A stretch of 64,000 nucleotides of DNA from an uncultured bacterium (GCA_937879955.1 CALFMK010000001.1:5461-69460); one strand, 5' to 3'. Shown: positions 54,942 to 63,571, counted from the stretch's first letter. Notes: a model not told the origin generated them from the sequence alone. A program made the numbers and translations.

Positions 54942-55043
54942 GCCCGTATTCTACCCTAGAGTCCCTGGCGTTTGACAGGCCTCCTTGGCAGGAGCACTCT
55001 ACGGAAAGCACCTTGTCCTTACGTAGTTTCTGAGGAGGTAGAG

Positions 55044-55589
55044 ATGAATACGCTTGTCGAAGAGCGGCCCGTCGCGGCCGCCGAGCCCATCCAGGTCCTC
55101 GAGCGCGTCGGTCCGGTCGTCACGCTCCCTGAGGTCCAGAACTCTCACATGTCCGGCCTCTTCTCCGTGAGCGGCGTCGAGCCCGTCCCGTTCTCTGAGA
55201 TCTGCAAGGCGTTCAAGAGGTTGATGCCGAGCCAGTCGAGCGCCCCGTCGATAACGGTCAGCGCGCGGCGCCTCACCGGCGGGTGGACCGACGAGGAGGT
55301 CATCGCGGCGCTCAGGAGCGCAGGCTCCTCGCCGTATGTCGCGCTGATTCACGTGTACGAGTACCTGAAGCATGCCGAGCGCCGGCCGGCCGATCTCGAG
55401 GTCGACCGCCGTCCCCACTGGCATATCTTCTACTACAGGACGGACCATCCTGACCCGAAGAAACGGGAAGACTGGGTGATCCGCGCGCTCTGGCAGGAAG
55501 GCGGCTGGTCCATGGCCGCGGGCCGTACGGACGCGGAGAGGCCCTGGGACGAGGACGAGGAGATACTCGTCATCGCTCCTGACTCCTGA
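55044..55589 (+). CDS. Hypothetical protein (181 aa).
   Basis: The start was trimmed to the ATG after a GAGGAGG SD. No motifs recognised. Confidence 0.55.
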   Translation: MNTLVEERPVAAAEPIQVLERVGPVVTLPEVQNSHMSGLFSVSGVEPVPFSEICKAFKRLMPSQSSAPSITVSARRLTGGWTDEEVIAALRSAGSSPYVALIHVYEYLKHAERRPADLEVDRRPHWHIFYYRTDHPDPKKREDWVIRALWQEGGWSMAAGRTDAERPWDEDEEILVIAPDS

Positions 55590-55645
55590 ACGAAAGAAGG
55601 CCCGCATCTCTCCGGAGAGATGCGGGCCTTTTCCTTATTCTTTAG

Positions 55646-56563
55646 CTACAGCCACTTCTTCAGCTTGAAGAACGCGAGGAGCGCGAGGCCCGTGAGCGTC
55701 ATGATGCCGAGGATGATCCAGAAGCCGTTCTGTCCGTGCACGACAGGCATGTACTCCGCGTTCATGCCGAATACGGACGCGATGAGGGTGAGCGGCACCC
55801 CGACGAACGCCATCACCGTGAGGGTCTTGGTCACCTGGTTCTGGCTCGCCGAGAGGAGGGAGTCGTTGGTGATGCGGAGCTCCTGCGCCACGGCGCGATA
55901 CGAGGACACGAGCCCTGCGGCGTGGGTGCGCCTCGCCTCGATATGCGCGGCATGCTCCTCGAAGGCGGTGCCGAAGAAGACCGGCGTTGAGAGCGCCGCG
56001 AGGAAGTCCGCGAGCGGCTCCTTGTGACGCGAGAGGGAGGTCTCGAACCGCAGGAGGATGCGGCCGGTCTCGGAGATCGGACGGACCGTCTCCTGTTCCT
56101 TGCCGGAGAAGATGTCGCGCTCGATGCGCTCGAGCCGGTATCCGGCCTGCTCGATGTCCTCGCTGATGGAGGCGTAGAGGCGGCTCATGACGCGCTCGAG
56201 CAGCTCGCCGGTGCGCAGCAGGCCGCCGCGCAGCTCGAGCATCTCCTCGGCCTCGAGCACCTTATGCAGGTTATGGAGCGACTCGATGCTCTCGTACCTG
56301 GCGGTTATGAGGAAGTGCTTGCCGACGATGAAGTCGATCTCCTGGGAGCGGGTGCCGTCCTCGGAGCCCGCGATCGGGAAGTGCAGGATGAGATAGGTGT
56401 AGCCCGGGAAGGAGATGGAGAGCGGGTAGGCGGTCGGCGTCGAGATCTCCTGGTGGATGCGCTCGTCGATGTCGAACTCCCGCATCACCTCGCTCACTTC
56501 CTCGTCGGTCGGGCACTCAAGGTCGACCCAGACGGTCTTGCCGCGCGTATGCCTGGTTATCAT
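55646..56563 (-). CDS. corA: Magnesium/cobalt transporter CorA.
   Basis: The C-terminal two TM helices carry the GMN motif (VFGMNAEYMP). The cytoplasmic funnel domain is present. Confidence 0.9.
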   Translation of the reverse strand: MITRHTRGKTVWVDLECPTDEEVSEVMREFDIDERIHQEISTPTAYPLSISFPGYTYLILHFPIAGSEDGTRSQEIDFIVGKHFLITARYESIESLHNLHKVLEAEEMLELRGGLLRTGELLERVMSRLYASISEDIEQAGYRLERIERDIFSGKEQETVRPISETGRILLRFETSLSRHKEPLADFLAALSTPVFFGTAFEEHAAHIEARRTHAAGLVSSYRAVAQELRITNDSLLSASQNQVTKTLTVMAFVGVPLTLIASVFGMNAEYMPVVHGQNGFWIILGIMTLTGLALLAFFKLKKWL

Positions 56564-56650
56564 GCCAGTAAGTATACGCGCTCCGCGTACGTCTTAAGCG
56601 GCATAGCCTCTCGCATCAGTGGATATGCGCGGCATGATAGAATTTCTCCC

Positions 56651-57922
56651 ATGAACCCATTCGAAGAATCCGAGGCGCCGATCCGCTCCTCCAGCCCGTT
56701 ACCGAAGATCGCGAAGCTCGGCATCGCGTCCGCGCTCATGCTCGCCGTCGGATTCATCGGCGGCATCTCGGTAGGCGCCGCGAACGCGAGCAACCTGATC
56801 GCGAACGTGCCGCTGCTCGGCGACGGGCTCGACGCGACCCCGGACGCCGATGCCGACCTCACGGACTTCTGGAAGGCATGGAACACGCTCGACTCGCGGT
56901 TCGTCGAGACGCACTCGACCTCGAGCCTTCCGACATCGGAGAACAAGATCTGGGGCGCTATCCAGGGTCTCGCCGCATCGTACGGCGACCCGTACACGAT
57001 ATTCATGCCGCCGTCGGAAGCGAAGCAGTTCCAGGACGATATCCGGGGCGACTTCTCGGGCGTAGGCATGGAGCTCGGCGTGAAGGACGGCGTCCTCACC
57101 GTCATCGCACCCTTGAAGGGTACGCCGGCAGAGCGCGCAGGCCTCCGCTCCGGCGACATGATCATCGCGATCGACAAGGCCTCCACCGACGGCCTCTCGA
57201 CCGACGAGGCGGTGAAGCTCATCCGCGGCGAGAAGGGCACGACCGTCACCTTCACCATCATCCGGGACGGCAAGTCGTCCGAGATACCTGTCGTGCGCGA
57301 CACCATCGTCGTGCCGACCATCGAGACGGAGACCAAGGACGGCGTGTTCGTCATCTCCTTCTACAGCTTCACGGCTAACTCGAGCCAGCTCTTCGCGAAG
57401 GCTATCGCCGAGTTCCGCGCTTCCGGCTCTAAGAAGCTCGTCATCGACCTGCGCAGCAATCCGGGCGGCTACCTCGAGTCCGCGGTGGCTATAGCGGGCC
57501 ACTTCCTCCCGAAGGGAGCTAGCGTCGTCACCGAGGACTATAAGGGGAAGGGGAATCAGGAGAACGTCGTGCATCGCAGCCGCGGCATCGGCGGCTTGCC
57601 TGAGGGCGCGAAGGTCGCGATCCTCATCGATCAGGGCTCCGCGTCAGCGTCCGAGATCCTCGCGGGAGCGCTGCAGGACGCGCACGTAGCGACGCTCATC
57701 GGCACTCGCTCGTTCGGAAAGGGCTCGGTCCAGGAGCTCGTCGATATCAACGGCGGCGCGCTCAAGGTCACGATCGCGCGCTGGCTCACCCCGAGCGGCC
57801 GTTCCATCTCCGACGGCGGCCTCACGCCTGACATCGAGGTCGAGTACACCGCGAAGGACCGCGATGCGGACGCCGATCCGCAGATGGACCGCGCGATACG
57901 GTTCCTGAACACGGGGAAGTAG
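56651..57922 (+). CDS. Carboxyl-terminal processing peptidase (S41 family, with PDZ domain).
   Basis: A TM anchor, a PDZ domain (GVGMELGVKDGVLTVIAPLKGTPAERAGLRSGDMIIAID) and the S41 catalytic region (DLRSNPGGYL...ILIDQGSASASE). The start was trimmed to MNPFEES. Confidence 0.9.
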   Translation: MNPFEESEAPIRSSSPLPKIAKLGIASALMLAVGFIGGISVGAANASNLIANVPLLGDGLDATPDADADLTDFWKAWNTLDSRFVETHSTSSLPTSENKIWGAIQGLAASYGDPYTIFMPPSEAKQFQDDIRGDFSGVGMELGVKDGVLTVIAPLKGTPAERAGLRSGDMIIAIDKASTDGLSTDEAVKLIRGEKGTTVTFTIIRDGKSSEIPVVRDTIVVPTIETETKDGVFVISFYSFTANSSQLFAKAIAEFRASGSKKLVIDLRSNPGGYLESAVAIAGHFLPKGASVVTEDYKGKGNQENVVHRSRGIGGLPEGAKVAILIDQGSASASEILAGALQDAHVATLIGTRSFGKGSVQELVDINGGALKVTIARWLTPSGRSISDGGLTPDIEVEYTAKDRDADADPQMDRAIRFLNTGK

Positions 57923-57937
57923 GTTCTGCATCGCAGT

Positions 57938-57970
57938 AACAGCCCCGCATACGCGGGGCTGTTCTATTGA
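57938..57970 (+). terminator. Terminator after the S41 peptidase gene.
   Basis: CAGCCCCGC-ATAC-GCGGGGCTG followed by TTCTATTG. Confidence 0.6.
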
Positions 57971-58052
57971 CGTTATCTAGATATAGAGGTATAACCATCC
58001 CAGACGTTCTCTCCATGAATGGTCATGAGAGACAGATCGATGGGAGGAATAC

Positions 58053-58412
58053 ATGCTCCGTTCGCTTCAAGACCTGGAAACCGGGATCATCATCCCCGAT
58101 ACGGTCGCGTACCACGTCCGCGCGTTCGACATCGTCGGCCGCTGGACGGGCCGCGACATCGACGGCGCGATGCACGCCCGGTCCCTGATTCGGATCACGG
58201 ATCCGGACATCATCGCGCTGATCCGCGACGACGACCTGCTCGATCGCAGCGGCATGCCGAACCTGATCCCGCAGGACGATATCCTGGCCCTGAGCCTGGT
58301 CTACTCGCGCAACGACCGCGGCATCACGACCGATCGCGCGAGCATGACCTCGCGGATCCCGTGGACGGGCGGCCGCCTGTTCGTGCTCGCCGCCGGCGCC
58401 TGTCCGAACTGA
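58053..58412 (+). CDS. Hypothetical protein (119 aa).
   Basis: GGGAGG SD with a terminator downstream. No motifs recognised. Confidence 0.5.
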   Translation: MLRSLQDLETGIIIPDTVAYHVRAFDIVGRWTGRDIDGAMHARSLIRITDPDIIALIRDDDLLDRSGMPNLIPQDDILALSLVYSRNDRGITTDRASMTSRIPWTGGRLFVLAAGACPN

Positions 58413-58432
58413 CGGCGTCCTGACCCGCATAC

Positions 58433-58467
58433 AAACCCCGGCTACCAAGGTAGCCGGGGTTTTCTCT
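58433..58467 (+). terminator. Rho-independent terminator.
   Basis: CCCCGGCTACC-AAG-GTAGCCGGGG followed by TTTTCTCT. Confidence 0.7.
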
Positions 58468-58508
58468 GTCGTTGCGCGGCCCTATCTTTGCCGGTAGGAT
58501 GGTCCTAT

Positions 58509-58934
58509 ATGAAAGTCGTACTACTCAAAGACGTGAAGAATACGGGCCGTGCGGGAGCGGTCATCGAGTGCTCTGACGGGCACGCGCAGAACTTCCTCAT
58601 ACCGCGCGGCATGGCCGCGCTCGCGACGCCCGCGAACCTCAAGCAGGCCGAGCTCCGCCTCAAGCAGGAAGGCGAGCGCAAGGCGCTCGACGTGAAGCTC
58701 ATCCAGGACCGCCTCGCCGCGCTCGCGGAGGAGCGCATCGTCATCCTGAAGAAGACGAACGAGAAGGGTCACCTCTACGACGCGGTCGACGCGGCGGATA
58801 TCGCGAAGGCGACGCAGCTTCCGGTAGAGGCCATCAAGCTCGAGAAGCCGTTCAAGGAGGTCGGCACGTTCGACGTCCCGGTAGCGCTCGGAGAGAGTTT
58901 CGGGAAGCTCTCCATCACGGTCGAGGCCGAGTAA
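58509..58934 (+). CDS. rplI: 50S ribosomal protein L9.
   Basis: MKVVLLKDVKNTGRAGAVIECSDGHAQNFLIPRGMA... is a typical L9. The start was trimmed from the ORF track. A TAGGAT sits 8 nt upstream. Confidence 0.92.
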   Translation: MKVVLLKDVKNTGRAGAVIECSDGHAQNFLIPRGMAALATPANLKQAELRLKQEGERKALDVKLIQDRLAALAEERIVILKKTNEKGHLYDAVDAADIAKATQLPVEAIKLEKPFKEVGTFDVPVALGESFGKLSITVEAE

Positions 58935-58953
58935 GAGAAGGGAGATAAAAGAT

Positions 58954-58987
58954 AACGGCGTCCCATGCGGGACGCCGTTCTTTTGTG
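58954..58987. terminator. Bidirectional terminator after rplI and the 58997 gene.
   Basis: AACGGCGTCCC-ATGC-GGGACGCCGTT, with CTTTTGT on the plus side and ATCTTTTATC on the minus side. Confidence 0.7.
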
Positions 58988-58996
58988 CCTGCGCGG

Positions 58997-59419
58997 CTAC
59001 CGCCTGCGGCCCATCCTTCCGGCGACGAAGCCGAGAAGCAGGGAGAGCAGGATGACGAACGCGCACCAGCCAACCCACCCGAGATTGTAGTGCCGCTTGA
59101 AGTAGTTCGTGTCGCCGACCCGCAGCTTCAGCTGGTCGACCTCGGCGCTCAGTGCGCTGATCCGGGCCTTCTGGTCCCTGATCATCGCATCCTTCGCGTC
59201 CATGGCCGACTTCGCCTTGTCGGCTTTCGCGCAGATGCTCTGCGCGCTTTCGCCGGGCCTGACGAAGTACTCGGCGTTCTCGAACAGGATCGCCGTGTTC
59301 GCGACGAGTCCCGTCGGCGAGAGCCCCTGCGCGGCGAACCGTTCCTCGCAGGTCTTCGCATTCGCGGCGGATGCCGCGAATGCCATGATCGCTACTGCGA
59401 CCACCATCCTGTACTTCAT
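58997..59419 (-). CDS. Hypothetical protein with an N-terminal signal/anchor and a C-terminal TM helix.
   Basis: MKYRMVVAVAIMAFAASAANA... then a coiled coil, with the C-terminus WVGWCAFVILLSLLLGFVAG. The GGGAGG SD sits 6 nt upstream. Confidence 0.5.
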   Translation of the reverse strand: MKYRMVVAVAIMAFAASAANAKTCEERFAAQGLSPTGLVANTAILFENAEYFVRPGESAQSICAKADKAKSAMDAKDAMIRDQKARISALSAEVDQLKLRVGDTNYFKRHYNLGWVGWCAFVILLSLLLGFVAGRMGRRR

Positions 59420-59514
59420 GGAACCCCTCCCTAGAGAAAACAATGATCCGGTGCAGCCGGATGTCTGGGAGCATTATGCATTAAAATTCAATATGTTCAA
59501 TGCTTGGCATAGAA

Positions 59515-59546
59515 AGAGAAAAACCGCCCAGAGAGGCGGTTTTTCG
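59515..59546. terminator. Terminator downstream of rpmA.
   Basis: AAACCGCC-CAGAGA-GGCGGTTT flanked by A/T runs. Confidence 0.6.
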
Positions 59547-59558
59547 GAGGAGGATGGC

Positions 59559-59837
59559 TTATGCCGGCACGACGTCCACGACCTTCTTCTGGACGACGCG
59601 TCCGTCGAAGTTGGTCTTGCGGCGGCTGCGAAAGAGGACCTTGCCCGCGATCATCGAGTAGAGGGTGTGGTCATGGCCGACCTTCACGTTGTGGCCTGCC
59701 TCGATCTTGGTGCCGCGCTGGCGCACGATAACCATGCCCGGGCGCGCTGCCTGGCCGTCATAGAGCTTAACGCCCAGGAACTTTGGTCCTGAGTCGCGCC
59801 CGTTCTTAGTCGATCCTCCGGCTTTTGTGTGTGCCAT
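59559..59837 (-). CDS. rpmA: 50S ribosomal protein L27.
   Basis: [29 protein letters not shown]...GHDHTLYS. Confidence 0.95.
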   Translation of the reverse strand: MAHTKAGGSTKNGRDSGPKFLGVKLYDGQAARPGMVIVRQRGTKIEAGHNVKVGHDHTLYSMIAGKVLFRSRRKTNFDGRVVQKKVVDVVPA

Positions 59838-59860
59838 ACTGCTATACTTTTTAGGTTGCT

Positions 59861-60289
59861 ATGACTATATCAGAGGAGCAGGTACAGGGCAAGGCGTATA
59901 TAGGCCGTATACCCCCGGATATCCTCATCCTCCTGGTGCTCGTGCTCTCCTCGACCCTGGCGTTCGGGCTCGGGATCCTGGCAGGGAAGGATATGGCAAA
60001 GACGGACGGGAAGGACGGATTCTGGATAGAACAGCTCCCGGAACAGCCCGGAAGTGCTGCGGGAGGGCCTGCCGCGGCCATCGAGGCCGTTACGCCCGCG
60101 AAGGCTGCCGAGCCGGCACCGGCTCCTGGGCCCCAGGTCTACATGGCCTCGAAGAACGGCACTAAGTACTACCTGCCGTCCTGCGGGTCCGCGAAGCGCA
60201 TTAAGGAGGAGAACCGGATCTGGTTCGCTACCAAGGACGAGGCGGAGGCGGCAGGGTACGGCCCGGCGGCGAACTGCCCGGGGCTCTAG
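59861..60289 (+). CDS. Membrane-anchored protein with a Pro/Ala-rich linker and a C-terminal Cys-containing domain.
   Basis: TM anchor (ILILLVLVLSSTLAFGLGILAG), then a linker. The C-terminus GTKYYLPSCGSAKRIKEENRIWFATKDEAEAAGYGPAANC resembles small metal/DNA-associated C-terminal domains found on exported bacterial proteins. No family is named with confidence. Confidence 0.5.
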   Translation: MTISEEQVQGKAYIGRIPPDILILLVLVLSSTLAFGLGILAGKDMAKTDGKDGFWIEQLPEQPGSAAGGPAAAIEAVTPAKAAEPAPAPGPQVYMASKNGTKYYLPSCGSAKRIKEENRIWFATKDEAEAAGYGPAANCPGL

Positions 60290-60303
60290 GGTAGAATAGG
60301 CGC

Positions 60304-60909
60304 ATGATAGTCCTCGACGTCGAAGGGACCGGGCTCGACCCGCAGAAGCATTCCATCGTATCCATCGGCGCGCTCGACCTCGACGATCCCACGAACCAGT
60401 TCTACGAGGAGTGCCAGGTGTGGGACGGCGCGGAGATCGAGGATGCGGCGCTCATGGTTAACGGCTTTGCGCGCGAGGAGATAACCGGACAGGGAACCCG
60501 AAAGCAGACCGAGGCTGAGCTCATCGCGTCCTTCGTCACGTGGGCCATGGATCGCCCGAAGGACCGCACGCTCGCGGCGCAGAACGTCACGTTCGACCGG
60601 TTGTTCGTCGAGGCGGCGTGCAGGCGCGCCGGGATCGAGTGCCCGTTCGCGCACCGGACGCTCGACGTGCACAGCCTCGTGTGGCTGCACATGGTCTCGA
60701 ACGGGAAGGTGCCGCCGACGAAGAACGCGCACTCGGGCATCGATCTCGGGTTCGCGCTCAACTACGCCGGGCTCCCTGAAGAGCCCCGGCCGCACAATGC
60801 ACTCACAGGCGCCTTCTGCCATGCCGAAGTGATATCGCGCATAGCGTATACTAAGAAACTACTACCAGACTTCAGCGACTTCGACATTCCATGGGAGACG
60901 AACCGATAA
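60304..60909 (+). CDS. DnaQ-like (DEDD) 3'-5' exonuclease domain protein.
   Basis: Exo I is VLDVEGTGLDP. Exo II is NVTFDRLFV. Exo III is HNALTGAFCHAE (partial). Confidence 0.72.
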   Translation: MIVLDVEGTGLDPQKHSIVSIGALDLDDPTNQFYEECQVWDGAEIEDAALMVNGFAREEITGQGTRKQTEAELIASFVTWAMDRPKDRTLAAQNVTFDRLFVEAACRRAGIECPFAHRTLDVHSLVWLHMVSNGKVPPTKNAHSGIDLGFALNYAGLPEEPRPHNALTGAFCHAEVISRIAYTKKLLPDFSDFDIPWETNR

Positions 60910-61685
60910 TCACGACGCCGACGACGAGCCTCTATACCCCTGACGAAGGGGAGCCGAAGGCCGAGCGCAACCGCGAGATGGGCAACGTGCTCACGCGCGC
61001 CATCGAGGAAGGGAAGCATGTGGTCCCGGAGAATCCGGCGCCCTTGGTGTGCAAGCCGGCGCAGCTCGAGAGCTGGCGGGTGTTCAAGATCATGGCAGAG
61101 TTCGTGGACGGCTTCGAGATCCTCAAGAAGTACGGACTCGCCGCGACCTTCTTCGGCAGCGTCCGCCTCACGCCCGAGGACCGCTACTACCAGGAAGCAT
61201 CCGCGCTCGCGGGCCTCATGGCGAAGGCAGGCTACGCGATCATCACGGGCGGGTCGGCCGGCATCATGGAGGCGGGGAACAAGGGCGCGCACGACGCGGG
61301 CGGCTCCTCGGTCGGCCTCAACATCCGTCTCTCGGACAGCCAGGCGTACAACGGCTACCTCACCGATTCCTTCACCTTCGACCACTTCTTCGTGCGCAAG
61401 GTGATGCTCGCGTTCGCGTCCGAGGTATACGTGTACTTCCCGGGTGGCTTCGGTACGCTCGACGAGTTCTCGGAGATCGTCACGCTCGTACAGACGAAGA
61501 AGATAAAGCCGGTGCCGATCGTCCTCTACGGGAAGGAGTTCTGGGACCCGATCGTCGAGCTCTTCAAGACGCATCTCCTCGGGAAGTACAAGACCATCAG
61601 CGAGGAGGACATGGACCTCTTCCATGTCGTGGACTCGGTGGACGAGGCGTTCGCGTATATCCAGAAGAACGTCACGGCCTGCTAG
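60891..61685 (+). CDS. LOG-family (TIGR00730, lysine-decarboxylase-like) nucleotide-binding protein.
   Basis: The motifs are IITGGSAGIMEAGNKGA and PGGFGTLDEFSEIVT (PGGxGTxxE), in a Rossmann fold. Confidence 0.85.
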   Translation: MGDEPIITTPTTSLYTPDEGEPKAERNREMGNVLTRAIEEGKHVVPENPAPLVCKPAQLESWRVFKIMAEFVDGFEILKKYGLAATFFGSVRLTPEDRYYQEASALAGLMAKAGYAIITGGSAGIMEAGNKGAHDAGGSSVGLNIRLSDSQAYNGYLTDSFTFDHFFVRKVMLAFASEVYVYFPGGFGTLDEFSEIVTLVQTKKIKPVPIVLYGKEFWDPIVELFKTHLLGKYKTISEEDMDLFHVVDSVDEAFAYIQKNVTAC

Positions 61686-61694
61686 CGCATCACC

Positions 61695-61856
61695 ATGGGA
61701 CTCGACTATAGCCAGAAGCGCCTCGTCTCCGCGCCGCTCCATCACCGGGGGCGCGAGAGCGCGCACACCAAGCGCCTTAAGCTCTACGCGTTCCTCACGG
61801 GCCTCATGAGCACCTGCATATCGCTCGCGCAGCTGGTTATCACGGCGATGAAATAG
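61695..61856 (+). CDS. Small tail-anchored hydrophobic peptide (53 aa), paralog A.
   Basis: MGLDYSQKRLVSAPLHHRGRESAHTKRLKLYAFLTGLMSTCISLAQLVITAMK. It was not in the ORF track because it is under 60 aa. It has a clear paralog 30 nt downstream. Confidence 0.4.
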   Translation: MGLDYSQKRLVSAPLHHRGRESAHTKRLKLYAFLTGLMSTCISLAQLVITAMK

Positions 61857-61886
61857 GCGTGCTATCCTAGTACCCATACATTCCTT

Positions 61887-62006
61887 ATGGCACGCCGAGC
61901 AAAGAAACATTCCAAGGGACCGGGGCTCGAGGTCTACGCGTTCTGGACCGGGTTCGCGAGCACTATCATCAGCCTCCTGCACGTGCTCATCGTGGCGAGC
62001 AAGTAG
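61887..62006 (+). CDS. Small tail-anchored hydrophobic peptide (39 aa), paralog B.
   Basis: MARRAKKHSKGPGLEVYAFWTGFASTIISLLHVLIVASK. It aligns with paralog A over the core (K..L.LYAF.TG..ST.ISL..L.I.A.K-stop). Confidence 0.4.
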   Translation: MARRAKKHSKGPGLEVYAFWTGFASTIISLLHVLIVASK

Positions 62007-62010
62007 CGCC

Positions 62011-62130
62011 ATGGCAGAGAATAAGCCTGCACCATCGTTCCGTGACCCGAAGCGCGGCATGAGCGCGTTCTCGAGCAAGGGCGTGAAGAAGCCTGTACGC
62101 GCGTCGTATTTCGGAAAGAAGGCGCGATAG
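62011..62130 (+). CDS. Small basic ORF (39 aa), tentative.
   Basis: MAENKPAPSFRDPKRGMSAFSSKGVKKPVRASYFGKKAR. It is the third in the tandem series, immediately before a terminator. Confidence 0.25.
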   Translation: MAENKPAPSFRDPKRGMSAFSSKGVKKPVRASYFGKKAR

Positions 62131-62136
62131 GGAAGG

Positions 62137-62170
62137 GAAAAGCCGGAGTAGGGATGCTCCGGCTTTTACG
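62137..62170. terminator. Bidirectional terminator.
   Basis: AGCCGGAG-TAGGGATG-CTCCGGCT flanked by AAAA and TTTT. Confidence 0.65.
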
Positions 62171-62182
62171 TAGGTGGATGCG

Positions 62183-62368
62183 TCATCGGGTGCGGCCGCT
62201 GTAGGTGAGCACGCCGGCGATTATGATCGCGACGGTGACAGTCCGTCCGGCGATCTGTACGACAGGGTCCGGATGGAGATTCGCCGCGAGCGAGCAGAGC
62301 AGCATCACGAGAGCGACGGTGTACAGAATGATCGAGATACCCCTACTTTCAGGACTATGACGCGACAT
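62183..62368 (-). CDS. Small membrane protein (61 aa, two TM helices).
   Basis: IILYTVALVMLLCSLAANL...VAIIIAGVLTY. An AGGAAAGG SD sits upstream. Confidence 0.45.
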   Translation of the reverse strand: MSRHSPESRGISIILYTVALVMLLCSLAANLHPDPVVQIAGRTVTVAIIIAGVLTYSGRTR

Positions 62369-62552
62369 GGCACGGACCTTTCCTAAAGAGCGATACCGAG
62401 CTCTTCCGCTAGTATGCGCTCCGCCGGGGATTTGTTAAGCAGAAAGGCACTCGACTTTATCTTTTCTTTATCTCTCGTACATACACTGAGCCGGGTAGTT
62501 CTTTCATCCTGCAAGGTCGCCCGTAGCGACTGCGCATGAATACCCGCATAGG

Positions 62553-62590
62553 GGAGAGCGAACCGTCCGTCAGGGCGGTTCGCTCTTTAG
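62553..62590 (+). terminator. Rho-independent terminator ending a possible small RNA.
   Basis: AGAGCGAACCG-(tccgtcaggg)-CGGTTCGCTCT followed by TTAG. The next gene has its own TATAGT box 10 nt upstream of its ATG. Confidence 0.6.
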
Positions 62591-62648
62591 TGGTGTAATA
62601 TTTTAGCCCTAAACACGGTACGCGCACGGTGCTATAGTCGAGGTATCT

Positions 62649-63014
62649 ATGCCTTGGCCACGAGTGGGGGACTGGTTGGAGAGGATCAGTAAATCGAACG
62701 CGCTCTATCCGCTCCTCATAGCGCTATGCCTCTCCGTCGCGTTCGCCGGTACGGTCATAGCATTCGTACCGAACGTTCTCATCCAGGTCATCGTCTGTAT
62801 ACCAGTGCTGATGATCGTATTCCAGATCGTCCGGAGCTTCGAGTACTTCTCCAAGAACAACCCGGACATGCTCCGGACCGAGACGCATGTGATCCAGCAG
62901 CGCGTCCTCGAGATGATGGGGGACGAGTCCGGCGTCGTGCACGCGACTGCGGCCGACCTGGTAGCCATAACGAATCCTGCGAATACCCAGGATAGAATCG
63001 AAAACCATGGCTAA
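62649..63014 (+). CDS. Membrane protein (121 aa).
   Basis: Two TM helices (LYPLLIALCLSVAFAGTVIAFV; IQVIVCIPVLMIVFQIV). Confidence 0.55.
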   Translation: MPWPRVGDWLERISKSNALYPLLIALCLSVAFAGTVIAFVPNVLIQVIVCIPVLMIVFQIVRSFEYFSKNNPDMLRTETHVIQQRVLEMMGDESGVVHATAADLVAITNPANTQDRIENHG

Positions 63015-63294
63015 CATCTATCTTATCGCCGTAAAGAATGATGATTCCTTCAATGTTAAGGAATTCCATAAATTTGTTAAGGAAAAACTCTATCCTGAGC
63101 ATGTGGGCGGTTGGTGGCATTACGTTTCTGGACCAACCTATCTCGTTAAGTCGGAAACACTTGATGCTAAGGGAATATCCGAAATCATCACCCAGTTCAC
63201 TGGCAAGCAGAGTCATCTTGTTACCAAGATCGATCTAGAAGATATCGAAGGAATGTTGCCGGCTCGCGCATGGGACTGGCTCGGACTCTACTAA
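63007..63294 (+). CDS. Hypothetical protein in the terminal low-GC island (95 aa).
   Basis: Intact ORF at about 40% GC. No motifs recognised. Confidence 0.45.
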   Translation: MANIYLIAVKNDDSFNVKEFHKFVKEKLYPEHVGGWWHYVSGPTYLVKSETLDAKGISEIITQFTGKQSHLVTKIDLEDIEGMLPARAWDWLGLY

Positions 63295-63512
63295 TGGAGC
63301 ACATCACACTTCAAGAGTATGAAGATACTGATGGAACGAGGATGGAGCTCGGTATCCAGTATGACGAAGCTACCTACCAGTTCATCGTTTCCGGAACGCC
63401 AATTAATGGCAATGGGGCGTATGAGGCAGGGAAGACGCCCATTTTCGCATCCTTCCCGACCCTCGAAGAAGCAAGGATGTTCGTAGAAAAGAGTTTCACT
63501 AAGATCTCCTAG
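63295..63512 (+). CDS. Hypothetical protein in the terminal low-GC island (72 aa).
   Basis: Its ATG directly follows the upstream stop (TAATGG). No motifs recognised. Confidence 0.4.
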
Positions 63513-63571
63513 GAATCTTCGGTTTATTTTTTCTCCAGGATTCCTTTATCCGGGGCTGGTAGGGTTCGGAT

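Noticed and set aside
52203-54959. Plus-strand ORFs of 455 aa and 443 aa.
   Set aside because: They are antisense to dnaB and cysS.
60762-62078. 438-aa minus-strand ORF covering the LOG gene and the mini-ORF region.
   Set aside because: It is antisense to LOG with an R/E/L-rich translation. The plus-strand mini-ORFs show paralogy and coding-like composition instead.
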